From a virus, in IMG/VR virus record IMGVR_UViG_3300042876_000902, positions 17,969 to 81,968 of that record: a DNA stretch of 64,000 nt; one strand, given 5' to 3'. Positions within the stretch are counted from its first letter, which is position 1. Every line of letters starts with the position of its first letter. The notes beneath the pieces are model-generated. The model searched no databases. It was not told where the DNA came from and saw nothing but the letters and a program-made list of their open reading frames with translations. Positions 17,830 to 27,140 of the stretch are shown here, in pieces. The position numbers and the translations under genes are program-made.

Positions 17830-18061
17830 AGCCCAGCCCCTCCAAGAGTCGGTGTATGTACTGCTGAAGCGCCCGCGGCTCCTCGCCGGGGCGCTTGAGT
17901 TCGATGAAGAGCGGGGCCCCGCCGGGGATCAGCAGCATCCGGTCGGGGTACCCACGCCTGCCGCGGAGGTTCAGCTTGACGATCTGCTCAGGCTTGAGGC
18001 CGAGGCCTCGGAGTCCGCGGACGAACGTGCGCTCGACCGCGGACTCCAAGTCCCGGATCAC
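17543..18061 (-). CDS. VRR-NUC nuclease
   Basis: E..VE..GYPDR..FIELKRPG...Q. Confidence 0.8.
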   Translation of the reverse strand: MIRDLESAVERTFVRGLRGLGLKPEQIVKLNLRGRRGYPDRMLLIPGGAPLFIELKRPGEEPRALQQYIHRLLEGLGYVIKTFDTAEEAVGYVAGFLFNRRAAVGPRAVPAGGRAVRGHQARGHAAPRAGAAEDVHHAGRTEGDAEGEGGEERPRRRAAPGRVRRVDARRRR

Positions 18062-18576
18062 GGATACAGCTCCACGGAGAGGCGACGGCTGTTCCCAGCG
18101 CAGGTGACCGGCCGGGCGTCAGCGCAGTCGATGTGAAGTGTCGAGCCGAAGCCGATCTTCACGGTCACGAACCGCGCACCGAGGATGAACGTGACCGCGT
18201 CGGCGCCGGGGAGCGGGGTCTCCACCCCGTTCCTGTCGACCGCCCGGATCGGGATGAGGTCCGGGACTGGGTTGGCCGGGTAGTCCCGAGGCCCGAACGC
18301 ACCTTCCTTCCCACCGTGTCGTTCGCAGAGACCCGTCCTCGTGTCGAACGCCCCGCGGCAGCCCTTCATGTCAGGGCAGAACTTGTCCGCCGGAGCGGCG
18401 TACGTGGCCTTCCGCTTCGTCCGGATCGGATGGGTCACGTCGGTGACGGTGAAGGACGTCCCGATCCGGATCGGTTTCTTCACCCGCGTGTCGCAGAGAA
18501 GATCGCCGACCTCCGCCACTTCGTCCACCTTCAGCCAGCGCCATCCCTTCGGCAGCTTCTCGGTCTTCTTGGCCAT
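18058..18576 (-). CDS. Hypothetical protein
   Basis: ATG after AGGAGG; coupled stop/start. Confidence 0.55.
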   Translation of the reverse strand: MAKKTEKLPKGWRWLKVDEVAEVGDLLCDTRVKKPIRIGTSFTVTDVTHPIRTKRKATYAAPADKFCPDMKGCRGAFDTRTGLCERHGGKEGAFGPRDYPANPVPDLIPIRAVDRNGVETPLPGADAVTFILGARFVTVKIGFGSTLHIDCADARPVTCAGNSRRLSVELYP

Positions 18577-18584
18577 CACCCCTC

Positions 18585-19037
18585 CTACTCGATGTCGACG
18601 AGCTTCAGCGCGTTGACGATCTCGGGCGGACCGATGAGCTTCGTCGTCCCGTCGAGTCGCTTGATCAGCACGGCCCTGGTCGCCGCCACCTGCTCGATCA
18701 TCAGAATCGCCCACGGGTTGTCGAGGGCCCCGGGCCGGACCTCCGTGGCGACCGCGAGAGGCGCCCCGGGGACCTCCTTCCCGCGGTAGAACGTCCGTGC
18801 CCCGTGCATGATGACTCCGCAGCGGTCGGGGCGCTGCTCGGGCAGCAGACCCTGCCCGTCCTCCGTCACGTAGAGGCAGAGGAAGTCACGGCAGCGCCCC
18901 GGCCTCCGCTCGTAGATGGCGCAGCACCCGGAGACGAGGTGGTGGCAGGCGTCCTCCTTGAGCTTCTGCAGCTCGGAGATGGCGAACCCGCCCGCTCCGC
19001 AGCAGGCATGGCACTCGATGCAGGTGTTCTTGTTCAT
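18585..19037 (-). CDS. YkgJ/UPF0153 CxxCxxCC cysteine-cluster protein
   Basis: CIECHACC..C.IYERRPGRCRDF. Confidence 0.8.
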   Translation of the reverse strand: MNKNTCIECHACCGAGGFAISELQKLKEDACHHLVSGCCAIYERRPGRCRDFLCLYVTEDGQGLLPEQRPDRCGVIMHGARTFYRGKEVPGAPLAVATEVRPGALDNPWAILMIEQVAATRAVLIKRLDGTTKLIGPPEIVNALKLVDIE

Positions 19038-19047
19038 GCTCGCCTCC

Positions 19048-19836
19048 CTAGAACTTGCAGAGCCCGGGGCCGTTGCTCGACGCCTTCTTCTTCTGGCCGA
19101 ACCAGCAGAAGGTGCACATGTTCGACGGGGTCGGCCGGAACTGGACGTCAGTGAGCATCTTCTTCGTCTTCTTGTCCCACTCCTCGCGGAGGCGATCGGC
19201 GTCGTCGGCCCGCTTGTACACCAGCGGCTCGAGGTGCCCCTGGTCCAAGTACCACAGCTCCGCCTCCACCGCGTCGATGGTGGAGTCGAGGACGAACCCC
19301 GCGGCGCCGTAGAGGCTCAGCTGCTCCTTGTTCTCCTCGCGGACCTGCCCCGTCTTGTAGTCGATGATCTTCATCGTCCGGCCGTGGTCGCCGTCGTAGA
19401 CGTACCGGCAGTCCATCGTCACGCGGATGACCGGGAGCGGGAGCCCCTTCTCACGGGCGTCGGAGTCGAACCACTCCGTCAGCTCCCACTTCGCGTCGAA
19501 GCCCACCTGCTGCTCCGTCGCGAGGGACCGCTTGATCTTCCGGAGGTGGGCGAACTCCGCCTTGAAGCACTCGAGGCTCTTGGGGATCTTGGTCTTCGAG
19601 ACTTTCACGATGCGCTCGGCCCCGGCCACCTTGACGGTCGCGGAGGTCTTCCCCGTCGACCACAGCTCGGCCTCCTTGTGGATGATGGTGCCGCGCGCCT
19701 GGTGCTCGTTGTCCGGCTCCTTGATCTTGTCGATGTGCTTGTACCGCGCCATGAGCGGGCACTTCCGGTAGTCGCTGAACCGGGAGTAGGACCACGCGGT
19801 GAGCTTCTTCGCAGCTGCCTTCGGCTTGGTCGGCAT
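19048..19836 (-). CDS. PD-(D/E)XK Cas4-like exonuclease
   Basis: WSYS..CP..RGTIIH..IIDYKTG..QL.LY..C.FC. Confidence 0.85.
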   Translation of the reverse strand: MPTKPKAAAKKLTAWSYSRFSDYRKCPLMARYKHIDKIKEPDNEHQARGTIIHKEAELWSTGKTSATVKVAGAERIVKVSKTKIPKSLECFKAEFAHLRKIKRSLATEQQVGFDAKWELTEWFDSDAREKGLPLPVIRVTMDCRYVYDGDHGRTMKIIDYKTGQVREENKEQLSLYGAAGFVLDSTIDAVEAELWYLDQGHLEPLVYKRADDADRLREEWDKKTKKMLTDVQFRPTPSNMCTFCWFGQKKKASSNGPGLCKF

Positions 19837-19847
19837 GTGATTCCCTT

Positions 19848-21851
19848 TCAGGCCGCGAGCTTCGTCGCGACCAGCTGGCCCTTCTTGTCGTATGGCTGCA
19901 GCGCCCCGAAGCTCTCGTCGGACCACGTCCCCTCCGAGAGCATCGCGACGTCGAACTCGATGGACTCCATGCAGCTCCGCAGCAGCTCCATCCCTTCCCG
20001 CGCCTTGGCCCTCGGGACCGAGGCGACCATCTCGTCGTGGATCGACAGCAGCAGCTTCATCCACTTCGGCTTTGCGTTGTGAATCCGGATCATCGCCTCC
20101 TTCGTGCAGTCCGCCGCCGACCCTTGGATGAGGGTATTCACCATCTTGTAGTCGAAGTGGACGATCTTCCCGTCGATGACCTTCGGCTCCTCGCAGAAGA
20201 TCTCCCGCCCTCCCCACGTGACGATGGGCTCCTTGGCCTTCGCCCGCCTCTCCATCTCCCGGTACATCTCCTTCAGACCGGGGTAGATGCCGTAGATGGC
20301 GTTCCGCACCTGCCTGGCCTCGTTCACCTCCAGCCCCGACCGCTCGGCCATCAGGCCGACGCCCATCCCGTACATGATGCCGAGGTTGAAGCCCTTGACG
20401 ACCTTGCGCTTGTAGTGTCGACCCGCCGCCTCCAACTTCGCCTTCGCGTCGTCATGGAAGTCGATCCACGGGTTGGCGAGGTACGCCTCCAGCAGCCTCC
20501 CGCCGCCCTCCACTGCCTGCTCGAAGTGGGCGAGGATCCGCGGCTCCTGCTGCGAGTAGTCGCGGTCGATCAGCACGTCGTCCTCACCCCACGGGAGCAC
20601 GTAGGCCCGGACGTTGGGCGCGGGCGGGAGGAGGAATGGTGCGTCGGGTAGGCTCGCCTTGAGCTTCGCCGCCTCGTCATCCGTCACTTCGTGCTCTCGA
20701 GCCCACTCGGCCGTAACCTCGTGCCTGAAGAGCGGCTCGAACTCCTTGGCCATGTTCTGGAAGTTGGGCGACGACTGCGCGCGGCCGGTCTTCGCGCCGC
20801 CGGTGCCCTTGCCCTTGTCCCGCCTGGTCGTGTACCAATCGGTGTAGATGAACCCGCCCGATGCGGACGCCGTCTCCAGCCACGGGCGGATGAACGTCTT
20901 CAGGACCGTCGAGAGCTGGGCCCGCCGCTTGAGGACGTGGAGGATCTGCCGGTCCTTGATGCCCGCCGCGAGGGCGTCCTTGTTCACCTCCCACTTGCCC
21001 TTCGATGTCTTGTTCAGCTCCGCGACCCCGGCCCGGACGAGCGCGGCCCCGAGCTGGTCCGGGCTGTTCCAGTTGATCTCGCCGCGGACCCGGAGGCGCT
21101 TCGCCAGCCACTGGTCGATCTTCGAGAGCACCATGGAGACGCCGTGCTCGTCGCGGGCCAGTGCCTCGACGTCGACCCGCACTCCCTGGTTCTCCATCTC
21201 CCAGATGACCGGGAGCAGGCGCCGCTCGCGATCGTAGGCGCCGGTCATCCCGCGCCGCTCCAGCTCGGGCAGCACTTTGGCCCCGAGCCCGTGGGTGCGG
21301 TCGGTGTCGCCCTCCGCGTACTCCGCCACCAGCTCGGCCGGGGCGAAGGCGATGTACGCACCCACGTAGAAGTCGCTGTCCTTCGAGGTCGACAGCTTGA
21401 TGCCGCGCGAGGCGAGGGGCTGGTTCTTCATCAGCCAGTCCTCGACGGCGTCGCGCTCCTCCTGCTTCCACCCGAGGAGGCGGTCGGCCGACGGCTTGAG
21501 GGCGTAGGTGGATGCGTACGGGTCCTTGAGGAAGAGCGCGGGCATCGTGTCATGGTACCGGTCCCACGGGAGGAACGGGAGGTCGAGGTGCACCGCGGCG
21601 ACCTCAGCGTCGAACTTGACGTGATGCATGAGGATGGGGCGCCCGGAGTCGTACGCCTCCCCGACCGCACGCCGCGCCTCCTCCCACGTGGAGTTGTTCT
21701 TGCCGACCTCGTGGCCCCAGCTGTAGTACCGGCTCTTGCCCGTCCCGAGCTTCACGGACACGCCGACCGGAGAGGGCGGGTGGTGCGGACGGCCGATGAT
21801 CGGCAGCGACTCGAAGTCGATGGTCGCCGCTTCCCGCGGGTTGAAGATCAT
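19848..21851 (-). CDS. polA: Family A DNA polymerase with 3'-5' exonuclease
   Basis: IDFES, DYSQQEPR (motif A), KGFNLGIMYG (motif B), IQGSAAD, IHDE (motif C). Confidence 0.95.
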   Translation of the reverse strand: MIFNPREAATIDFESLPIIGRPHHPPSPVGVSVKLGTGKSRYYSWGHEVGKNNSTWEEARRAVGEAYDSGRPILMHHVKFDAEVAAVHLDLPFLPWDRYHDTMPALFLKDPYASTYALKPSADRLLGWKQEERDAVEDWLMKNQPLASRGIKLSTSKDSDFYVGAYIAFAPAELVAEYAEGDTDRTHGLGAKVLPELERRGMTGAYDRERRLLPVIWEMENQGVRVDVEALARDEHGVSMVLSKIDQWLAKRLRVRGEINWNSPDQLGAALVRAGVAELNKTSKGKWEVNKDALAAGIKDRQILHVLKRRAQLSTVLKTFIRPWLETASASGGFIYTDWYTTRRDKGKGTGGAKTGRAQSSPNFQNMAKEFEPLFRHEVTAEWAREHEVTDDEAAKLKASLPDAPFLLPPAPNVRAYVLPWGEDDVLIDRDYSQQEPRILAHFEQAVEGGGRLLEAYLANPWIDFHDDAKAKLEAAGRHYKRKVVKGFNLGIMYGMGVGLMAERSGLEVNEARQVRNAIYGIYPGLKEMYREMERRAKAKEPIVTWGGREIFCEEPKVIDGKIVHFDYKMVNTLIQGSAADCTKEAMIRIHNAKPKWMKLLLSIHDEMVASVPRAKAREGMELLRSCMESIEFDVAMLSEGTWSDESFGALQPYDKKGQLVATKLAA

Positions 21852-21866
21852 GTGCTGACCTCGGGT

Positions 21867-21904
21867 GAAAGAAAGGCGGGCCCGCCCCGAAGGGCGAGCC
21901 CGCC
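21867..21904 (-). terminator. UUCG-loop intrinsic terminator between SSB and polA
   Basis: ggcgggctcgccc-ttcg-gggcgggcccgcc-tttcttt on the minus strand. Confidence 0.8.
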
Positions 21905-21916
21905 GCGTGGCGACTG

Positions 21917-22693
21917 CTAGAACTTCTTGCCCTTCGCCTTGCCGGGCTTGCCCTTGCCGGCCTTGACCTTCGAGTCGTCCGGCTTGGGGAACGGGAACTC
22001 GATGAGCTTCCGGACCTCCGCGTTCCGCTTCATCAGCACCGGGATGATGGCGGCCGGGGCCTTGGCGATCGGCTCGAAGTAGATGACCTTCTCCTTGAGC
22101 TGCATCTTCGTGAAGACCGCGTGCGGCGGGACGTTGAGGGACCCGCTGACCTGCTTCACGTAGTTGCCGAAGCCCTTGAGCGAGGTGGGCGGGACGGTGA
22201 AGTAGCCCGCCTGCTTCTCGAACTCCTCCGGGTCCTTGAACGGCGTGAACTTCGTCTCGCTCTCGTACGTGCCGGCCGGGATGAGCGCCAGGCGGATGCC
22301 GTTCTTGCACGCCTTCGCGTTGCCCTCGCCGGAGCCGAAGACGTTGTACTCGCAGGAGGCGCAGTCGGCGCACTTCTTGTCGGGCGAGTCGGCGTGCGGG
22401 AAGATGTCCTTCTCGTTCGACTTGCGGCCGAACGCGTAGCACACCGGCTGCTGCGACTTCCCCTTCGTGAACTTCTCGGGGTAGAAGGCGTTGCTGTACA
22501 CGAAGTCGACGACGATGGCGCCGACCTGGTTGTACGGGAGGGCGACGCCGCCGAACGTCAGCTTGTCGTCCTTGATGCTGAAGAACTCGCCCCCGCCGAT
22601 CCCGGCGACGGCGTCGGCCGCCTCCTTCGCCTGCTTGGCCAGCTCCTCGTCGTACCGCATGATGCTCTGGTTGTCGCCGCTCTTCTTGGCCAT
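21917..22693 (-). CDS. ssDNA-binding/annealing protein (putative)
   Basis: ATG after AGGAG; PVCYAF..CASCEYN.FGS..KACKN..VPPTSLKGF; adjacent to polA. Confidence 0.65.
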   Translation of the reverse strand: MAKKSGDNQSIMRYDEELAKQAKEAADAVAGIGGGEFFSIKDDKLTFGGVALPYNQVGAIVVDFVYSNAFYPEKFTKGKSQQPVCYAFGRKSNEKDIFPHADSPDKKCADCASCEYNVFGSGEGNAKACKNGIRLALIPAGTYESETKFTPFKDPEEFEKQAGYFTVPPTSLKGFGNYVKQVSGSLNVPPHAVFTKMQLKEKVIYFEPIAKAPAAIIPVLMKRNAEVRKLIEFPFPKPDDSKVKAGKGKPGKAKGKKF

Positions 22694-22788
22694 TTGTTCT
22701 TTCTCCTGTGCTTCGCGTCGCTTCTTCATCTCGTCGATGGTGACGAGACGTCCGTTGACGATGATACCCTCTCTGCAGAACTGCACGA

Positions 22789-23196
22789 CTACGCCTTCAC
22801 GATGCTGATCTTCTTCTTGATGAACTTCGTGATGCCCGGGACCTTCTTCCCGGCTGCCCACATCTCCGCGATGGCCGTGGACGACAGCCGCTTCTGGATG
22901 AGGTGGAACGCGCCGGTCTTCCTCACGTACTTGTAGAAGGCCTCGTCGCCGCCGTCCTTCGCGAACACCGGGATGTCCTTCTTCACCAGCTTGGCCTTCC
23001 CCTTCTTCCCGGCGACGATCTCCGCCTCCATCCCCTCGAGCACTGAGATGAGGTGAAGCTCGAGTGCGTTCTCCTCCGCCTCGTACTTCGCCACCTCCTT
23101 CTGCAGCTTGGCCTTCTTCTCGCCCAGCTCCTTGAACCGGTCGACGCAGGCGCCGGGCGTCTTCGGGAACGTGAACTGCTTGACCTCGTCGCTCAC
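22789..23196 (-). CDS. Hypothetical replication-module protein
   Basis: GTGA overlap; FPKTPGACVD..GKKVPGI. Confidence 0.6.
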   Translation of the reverse strand: MSDEVKQFTFPKTPGACVDRFKELGEKKAKLQKEVAKYEAEENALELHLISVLEGMEAEIVAGKKGKAKLVKKDIPVFAKDGGDEAFYKYVRKTGAFHLIQKRLSSTAIAEMWAAGKKVPGITKFIKKKISIVKA

Positions 23197-23849
23197 GCGT
23201 TCACCTCGCGGTCGAAGACCTCCGGGCAGAGGTCGATCAGCTCCCGCCGCACCATCCCGGCGACCTCCCGCATCTGCGGGTGGGCTGCGGGCGCCGTCCG
23301 GAGCTTCAGGAAGTGGAGCCACTCCCGGAAGTTCATCTTGACGCAGATCTCCGTCTTGAGGCACGTCGGGAGAACCGACCGCGCGATCTGCGGCGCCGCC
23401 CCGTGGTCGACGAGGTTCAGGTACGCCGCCTCAGCGCGGAGCATCGCGTCCTCCCATTCCCGGCGCTGCCATTCGTCGAGCCCCGGAGGCATGATCACCG
23501 CGATCTCCCCGCCGCGCTTCTCACTCGCGTAGTTGCAGTAGCGAGTGCTCTCCTGGGCGTAGGAGGCGATCCGGTGGCGGACGATCTCGTGGGAGACGCC
23601 GCGGTCGCAGACGATGCGGAACGTCGCGTCACCGAACTCGAGCATCGCGTCGTGGTGCATGCCCGCGAGCTTCGTGATGAGCTTCGCCGCGGAGCCGGGG
23701 GAGATGAGCCCCTCCGACTTGTAGCAGGTCCGCGCCGCCGCCTCGATGGCGAGGGCGCCCTCGGAGGCCGACCGCATCAGCTCCTCGGGCGGTGTCTGGG
23801 CGAGGACCGACGCCGCGATGAGCGTCGCGCTCTGGCTGACGATCTTCAC
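23193..23849 (-). CDS. thyX: Flavin-dependent thymidylate synthase
   Basis: RGVSHEIVRHRIASYAQESTRY; ARSVLP; NFREW.HF..LR. Confidence 0.95.
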   Translation of the reverse strand: MKIVSQSATLIAASVLAQTPPEELMRSASEGALAIEAAARTCYKSEGLISPGSAAKLITKLAGMHHDAMLEFGDATFRIVCDRGVSHEIVRHRIASYAQESTRYCNYASEKRGGEIAVIMPPGLDEWQRREWEDAMLRAEAAYLNLVDHGAAPQIARSVLPTCLKTEICVKMNFREWLHFLKLRTAPAAHPQMREVAGMVRRELIDLCPEVFDREVNA

Positions 23850-24163
23850 TTGGGCCTCACCAGCTTCTGGAGCGCGTGGGCGAGGACGAAGCTCATCAGC
23901 TCCTGCGCGCCGTCGAGGTCCAGCTTGCGGTAGATGTGCTTCCGCCGGGTGCGGACGGTGTCGGGCCTGGCGTTCTCAGCGTTCGCCACGTCCTTCGCCC
24001 GCATGCCCTTCACGATGTTCAGCACCTCGTGGCGCTGGATGCCGCTCAGCGAGTCGGCGCCGGGCTGGGTCAGCAGCCACTCCTTCACGAGGGCTTCGCG
24101 CTCGACGTCCACGGGGTCGCGCTCCGGCGGCGGCGGGATGTTCGGCAGGTTCTGCTGGGTCAT
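23846..24163 (-). CDS. LuxR-type HTH regulator
   Basis: LS..EVL..G...KDVA....TVRT..KHIYRKL. Confidence 0.8.
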   Translation of the reverse strand: MTQQNLPNIPPPPERDPVDVEREALVKEWLLTQPGADSLSGIQRHEVLNIVKGMRAKDVANAENARPDTVRTRRKHIYRKLDLDGAQELMSFVLAHALQKLVRPK

Positions 24164-24167
24164 GACG

Positions 24168-24839
24168 TCACTCCCCTCTCGTCTGCTTGTGATGGTTGTA
24201 CCTCTCCATGATCGCTTCGTGCACCGCCTCGACCGGGCGGGTTCCGTCCACGACGATCCACGACTCGTCGCTCATCGCCTCGTCATGCCACAGCTGGTCG
24301 TACCCGTCGACCACTTGCTCGATGAAGCCGGGCTTCCCCTCGTAGCGGTCGGGGTTCCCGCGGGCCGCGAGGCGCTCGACGCACACGCTCGCCGGGACGT
24401 GGACGAGCACGTTGAGGTCGGCCTGCGGGAGCAGCTCATGCATCTGCTTCAGGTGCTCGAGGTTGAGCCCGTCGGCGCTGCCGTACACGAGGCCCGACTG
24501 GTAGTACCGGTCGCAGACCATCCCCGCGACGCGACCGAGCCCGAGGTGGGCCCGGCGGAGCTTCCGCCCGACCTCCATCCGGTTCGCGAGCATCATCGCT
24601 TGGAACATCAGGGCGTCGTCGAGCACATCCGCTTCGATGAACTCGACCGAAGCGGCGTGGTCGCCGACGTCGGCGTAGGCCCCCAGCTTCAGCTGGCCCT
24701 TCAGGTGCCGGTCGATGAGCTTCCCGATCGGAGTGCTCCGGTCCGGGAACCGCTGGAGGTCGAAGCCCAGCCGGTCCGCGAGCATCTTCGCCTGGGTGGA
24801 CTTGCCCGAGCCGTCCGGGCCTTCGATGGTGATGATCAT
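24168..24839 (-). CDS. tmk: Thymidylate kinase
   Basis: IEGPDGSGKSTQ, RFPDRSTPIG, ANRME, DRYYQSG. Confidence 0.9.
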   Translation of the reverse strand: MIITIEGPDGSGKSTQAKMLADRLGFDLQRFPDRSTPIGKLIDRHLKGQLKLGAYADVGDHAASVEFIEADVLDDALMFQAMMLANRMEVGRKLRRAHLGLGRVAGMVCDRYYQSGLVYGSADGLNLEHLKQMHELLPQADLNVLVHVPASVCVERLAARGNPDRYEGKPGFIEQVVDGYDQLWHDEAMSDESWIVVDGTRPVEAVHEAIMERYNHHKQTRGE

Positions 24840-25264
24840 GAGACCTCCGGGACGTACTTCTTCACGGCGAAGGCGTTGTCGAGCCACGTGACGTAGCGGA
24901 CCGCGCCCGCGTTCGTCTCGAAGTGCTTCACCCGCGGGTCGAAGTAGAAGATCGGCCACTGCCTCGCGGGCAGCCCGCCGATCACGATCGGCAACTTCCC
25001 GAGCACGAGCCCGGCGGTCAGCTCCCCGAACCCGGCGCGGCAGTTGTCGTCGTGGATGAGCATGACGCACTCGGAGTCCTCGACGCCCCGGAGGTCGAAC
25101 TCCGCCGCACCCTGCAGGTAGTTCTGCAGCGCGAGCCCACCCTTCCCGGCGGCGGAGTGTCTGGTCCAGTCCGCCGTGATCGTATGACCCGCTTCGCGGA
25201 GCATCTGCTGGAGGACCCGGACCTCCTCGGCGCGCTCGAACTTCCCTGCTGCGTACACGTTCAC
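24836..25264 (-). CDS. Nucleoside 2'-deoxyribosyltransferase/DNPH1-MilB-like N-glycosidase
   Basis: VYAAG..DLRGVEDSE..GELTAG pattern. Confidence 0.65.
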   Translation of the reverse strand: MNVYAAGKFERAEEVRVLQQMLREAGHTITADWTRHSAAGKGGLALQNYLQGAAEFDLRGVEDSECVMLIHDDNCRAGFGELTAGLVLGKLPIVIGGLPARQWPIFYFDPRVKHFETNAGAVRYVTWLDNAFAVKKYVPEVS

Positions 25265-25644
25265 GGCTTCCTCTCCTTCTCGGCACTCCGGCCGAGGTTG
25301 ATCAAGTCCTTCATCCGGCGGCCACCTTTCTCGCCGAGCGTCCGGTAATGCCCGCTCCCGCGGTTCCTCATCACCTTGTCGCCGCCCAGCTTCCCGATCT
25401 TCTCGTAGAACCCATCGCCCTGCGTGTCCCGCGTCGTCGTCCCTCCCGCTCGACCGATCTCCCTGAAGAACTCGGCACCCCGCTCGGTCTTCACGGTGGT
25501 GCCGCCCTTCGACCCGATCTTCTTGAAGTAGTCGGGGTCGACAGCCAGGCGCGCATCGCGGTTGGCCCGACCTCCCTTGCTCCCCGACATGTGGACGCAG
25601 ACCGCCGGGCTCTCATCCGGGATCTGGCACCGTTCGCACTTCAT
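25261..25644 (-). CDS. KGG-repeat (GsiB/YciG/Em-like) stress protein (alternative start 25710)
   Basis: Repeats of (F/Y)..IG.KGG; strong RBS before 25644. Confidence 0.8.
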   Translation of the reverse strand: MKCERCQIPDESPAVCVHMSGSKGGRANRDARLAVDPDYFKKIGSKGGTTVKTERGAEFFREIGRAGGTTTRDTQGDGFYEKIGKLGGDKVMRNRGSGHYRTLGEKGGRRMKDLINLGRSAEKERKP

Positions 25645-25713
25645 GCTCTCCTCCTTCTTCCACGCCCCAGCGGCAGCCTCGACCGCTGCTGAGATGGGGT
25701 ACTTCGGCATGAT

Positions 25714-26319
25714 TCAGCCCGCCTTCCGCATCAGCTTCTCCGTCACCTCCGACGTCGTGAGCGCCTTCGCCACCACCCCGCGGAGGACGCTCCCCCTCCC
25801 GAGCGCGGCGCGGAGGTCGCGCACGTTGCGCTTGCCGTACGCGGCGACCATGCTCGGGCCCCACGCGCCACCCGACGGCTCGCCGGTGGGCAGGCAGAAC
25901 TCGAAGCGCCCCCGCTGGAACAGCACCTCGTCCGCGGTTTCCATCAGCAGCTGGGCCCAGGCGGTGTCCATCGACTTCGCGGGGACTAGCATGAACCCGT
26001 CGCCGTGCTCGGCCAGGAGCTGCACCCACGGGAGGACCCGCGAGTAGGGCGGGTTCACCCACTTCCGCCCGCGCTTCCACAGGCTCGGGTCGAGCCCGTC
26101 GCCCAGCGTCACGCCGCCCGCCACCTTGAGCTTGCGCGGCTCGCCGTCGACGACCGTCACGCCGTTCGAGATCATCCGCTTCGCGGTACGCCACGGCATG
26201 CGCGGGTAGCAGCACGGGTCGAGGTCGAACGGCCCGAGGTCGTCGACCACGGGCTTGGGTGTGAGCCAGTCGTCGGTGGCCGACTTCGAGTCGGGCCGGT
26301 TCCGGTTGTCCTTGTTCAC
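25714..26319 (-). CDS. Phage DNA N6-adenine methyltransferase
   Basis: DDWLTP..PFDLDPC..WVNPPYS. Confidence 0.85.
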   Translation of the reverse strand: MNKDNRNRPDSKSATDDWLTPKPVVDDLGPFDLDPCCYPRMPWRTAKRMISNGVTVVDGEPRKLKVAGGVTLGDGLDPSLWKRGRKWVNPPYSRVLPWVQLLAEHGDGFMLVPAKSMDTAWAQLLMETADEVLFQRGRFEFCLPTGEPSGGAWGPSMVAAYGKRNVRDLRAALGRGSVLRGVVAKALTTSEVTEKLMRKAG

Positions 26320-26495
26320 TTGGCCTCCTTGGCCATGCGCTCTGCGAACCGCGCTCGCGCGGTCGCTGCCTGCACACGTTCGGGGGAATCCTGCCACTTC
26401 TGCTCGCAGCCGTGGCAGAACTGGATCGCGCGGGCCTTCTCGACGACCATCATCGGCTTCCCGCACGCAGAGCAGTCCTGAGCCTTCGCGCTCAT
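26316..26495 (-). CDS. Small zinc-ribbon protein
   Basis: CSACG..CHGC; coupled overlaps. Confidence 0.55.
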   Translation of the reverse strand: MSAKAQDCSACGKPMMVVEKARAIQFCHGCEQKWQDSPERVQAATARARFAERMAKEAK

Positions 26496-26689
26496 CGCCG
26501 CCCCGCCTTCATCATCGTCTCGGCGATGCGTTGCCGGACGAGGTTCCGCTCCATCGGGTCGAGCGGCGCCAGCTCCGCCCACCACGTCGTCGGGACCTCG
26601 AGTGCGATGCCCGCCTCGAAGGCCCGCTTCATCATCTCCGCTCGCTTCTGCACCGCCGCCTTCCGCTTCTCATCGAGTTCTTTGGTCAT
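26492..26689 (-). CDS. Hypothetical protein
   Basis: ORF with RBS; first gene after the intergenic region. Confidence 0.55.
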   Translation of the reverse strand: MTKELDEKRKAAVQKRAEMMKRAFEAGIALEVPTTWWAELAPLDPMERNLVRQRIAETMMKAGRR

Positions 26690-26813
26690 CAGCTTCTCCG
26701 GTCGGCAATCAGGGACCCGACCTTTCTAGCAAACGAGGGCTCGCTTGGGAATCACGAACAACCGACCGCCGTCATCAATGCGGAACCTGGCTGATCGCAC
26801 AACCATGGACACA

Positions 26814-26846
26814 AAAAGAGCCCCGCGGGCCGGGGCCCCGGGGCTC
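26814..26846 (-). terminator. Intrinsic terminator
   Basis: gagccccgg..gcggggctc-ttttt on the minus strand. Confidence 0.65.
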
Positions 26847-26847
26847 G

Positions 26848-27064
26848 CCTGATCGGGTTCCCTCCTTCGGGGGAGGTCTGGGAGGACCCGGGGGGAACGG
26901 GCGGATCCGGGGGACGAGCCCCGCCCGGCGGACCCGCGGGAAGGGCCCTAGGCGCCCCGCCCGCGGGCGATCGGCCGGAGGGGCGGGGTACCCTACCGCC
27001 CCGCCCCTCCGGCGCTCCGGAGCGGCTCCGGTAGCGTCCCGATCAGGCTCCCCCGAAGGAGGGG
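26848..27064. repeat. Very GC-rich intergenic element with two interleaved inverted repeats and a 36-bp copy shared with 63271-63306
   Basis: cctgatcggg 26848/27038rc; ctccttcgggggag 26862/27048rc; 26939-26974 matches 63271-63306 at 34/36. Confidence 0.75.
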
Positions 27065-27103
27065 GAGGCGCCCGGGAGCCCGGAATCGCACAACGGCGGA
27101 CGT

Positions 27104-27135
27104 GAAAAAGGCCCCGGGGCCGGAGCCCCGGGGCC
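27104..27135 (-). terminator. Intrinsic terminator ending the early-gene block
   Basis: ggccccgggg..ccccggggcc-ttttt on the minus strand. Confidence 0.7.
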
Positions 27136-27140
27136 GGTGT

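Noticed and set aside
19048-19836. Cas4-like gene as evidence of CRISPR-Cas
   Set aside because: It sits in the polA/SSB/helicase module as a standard phage exonuclease
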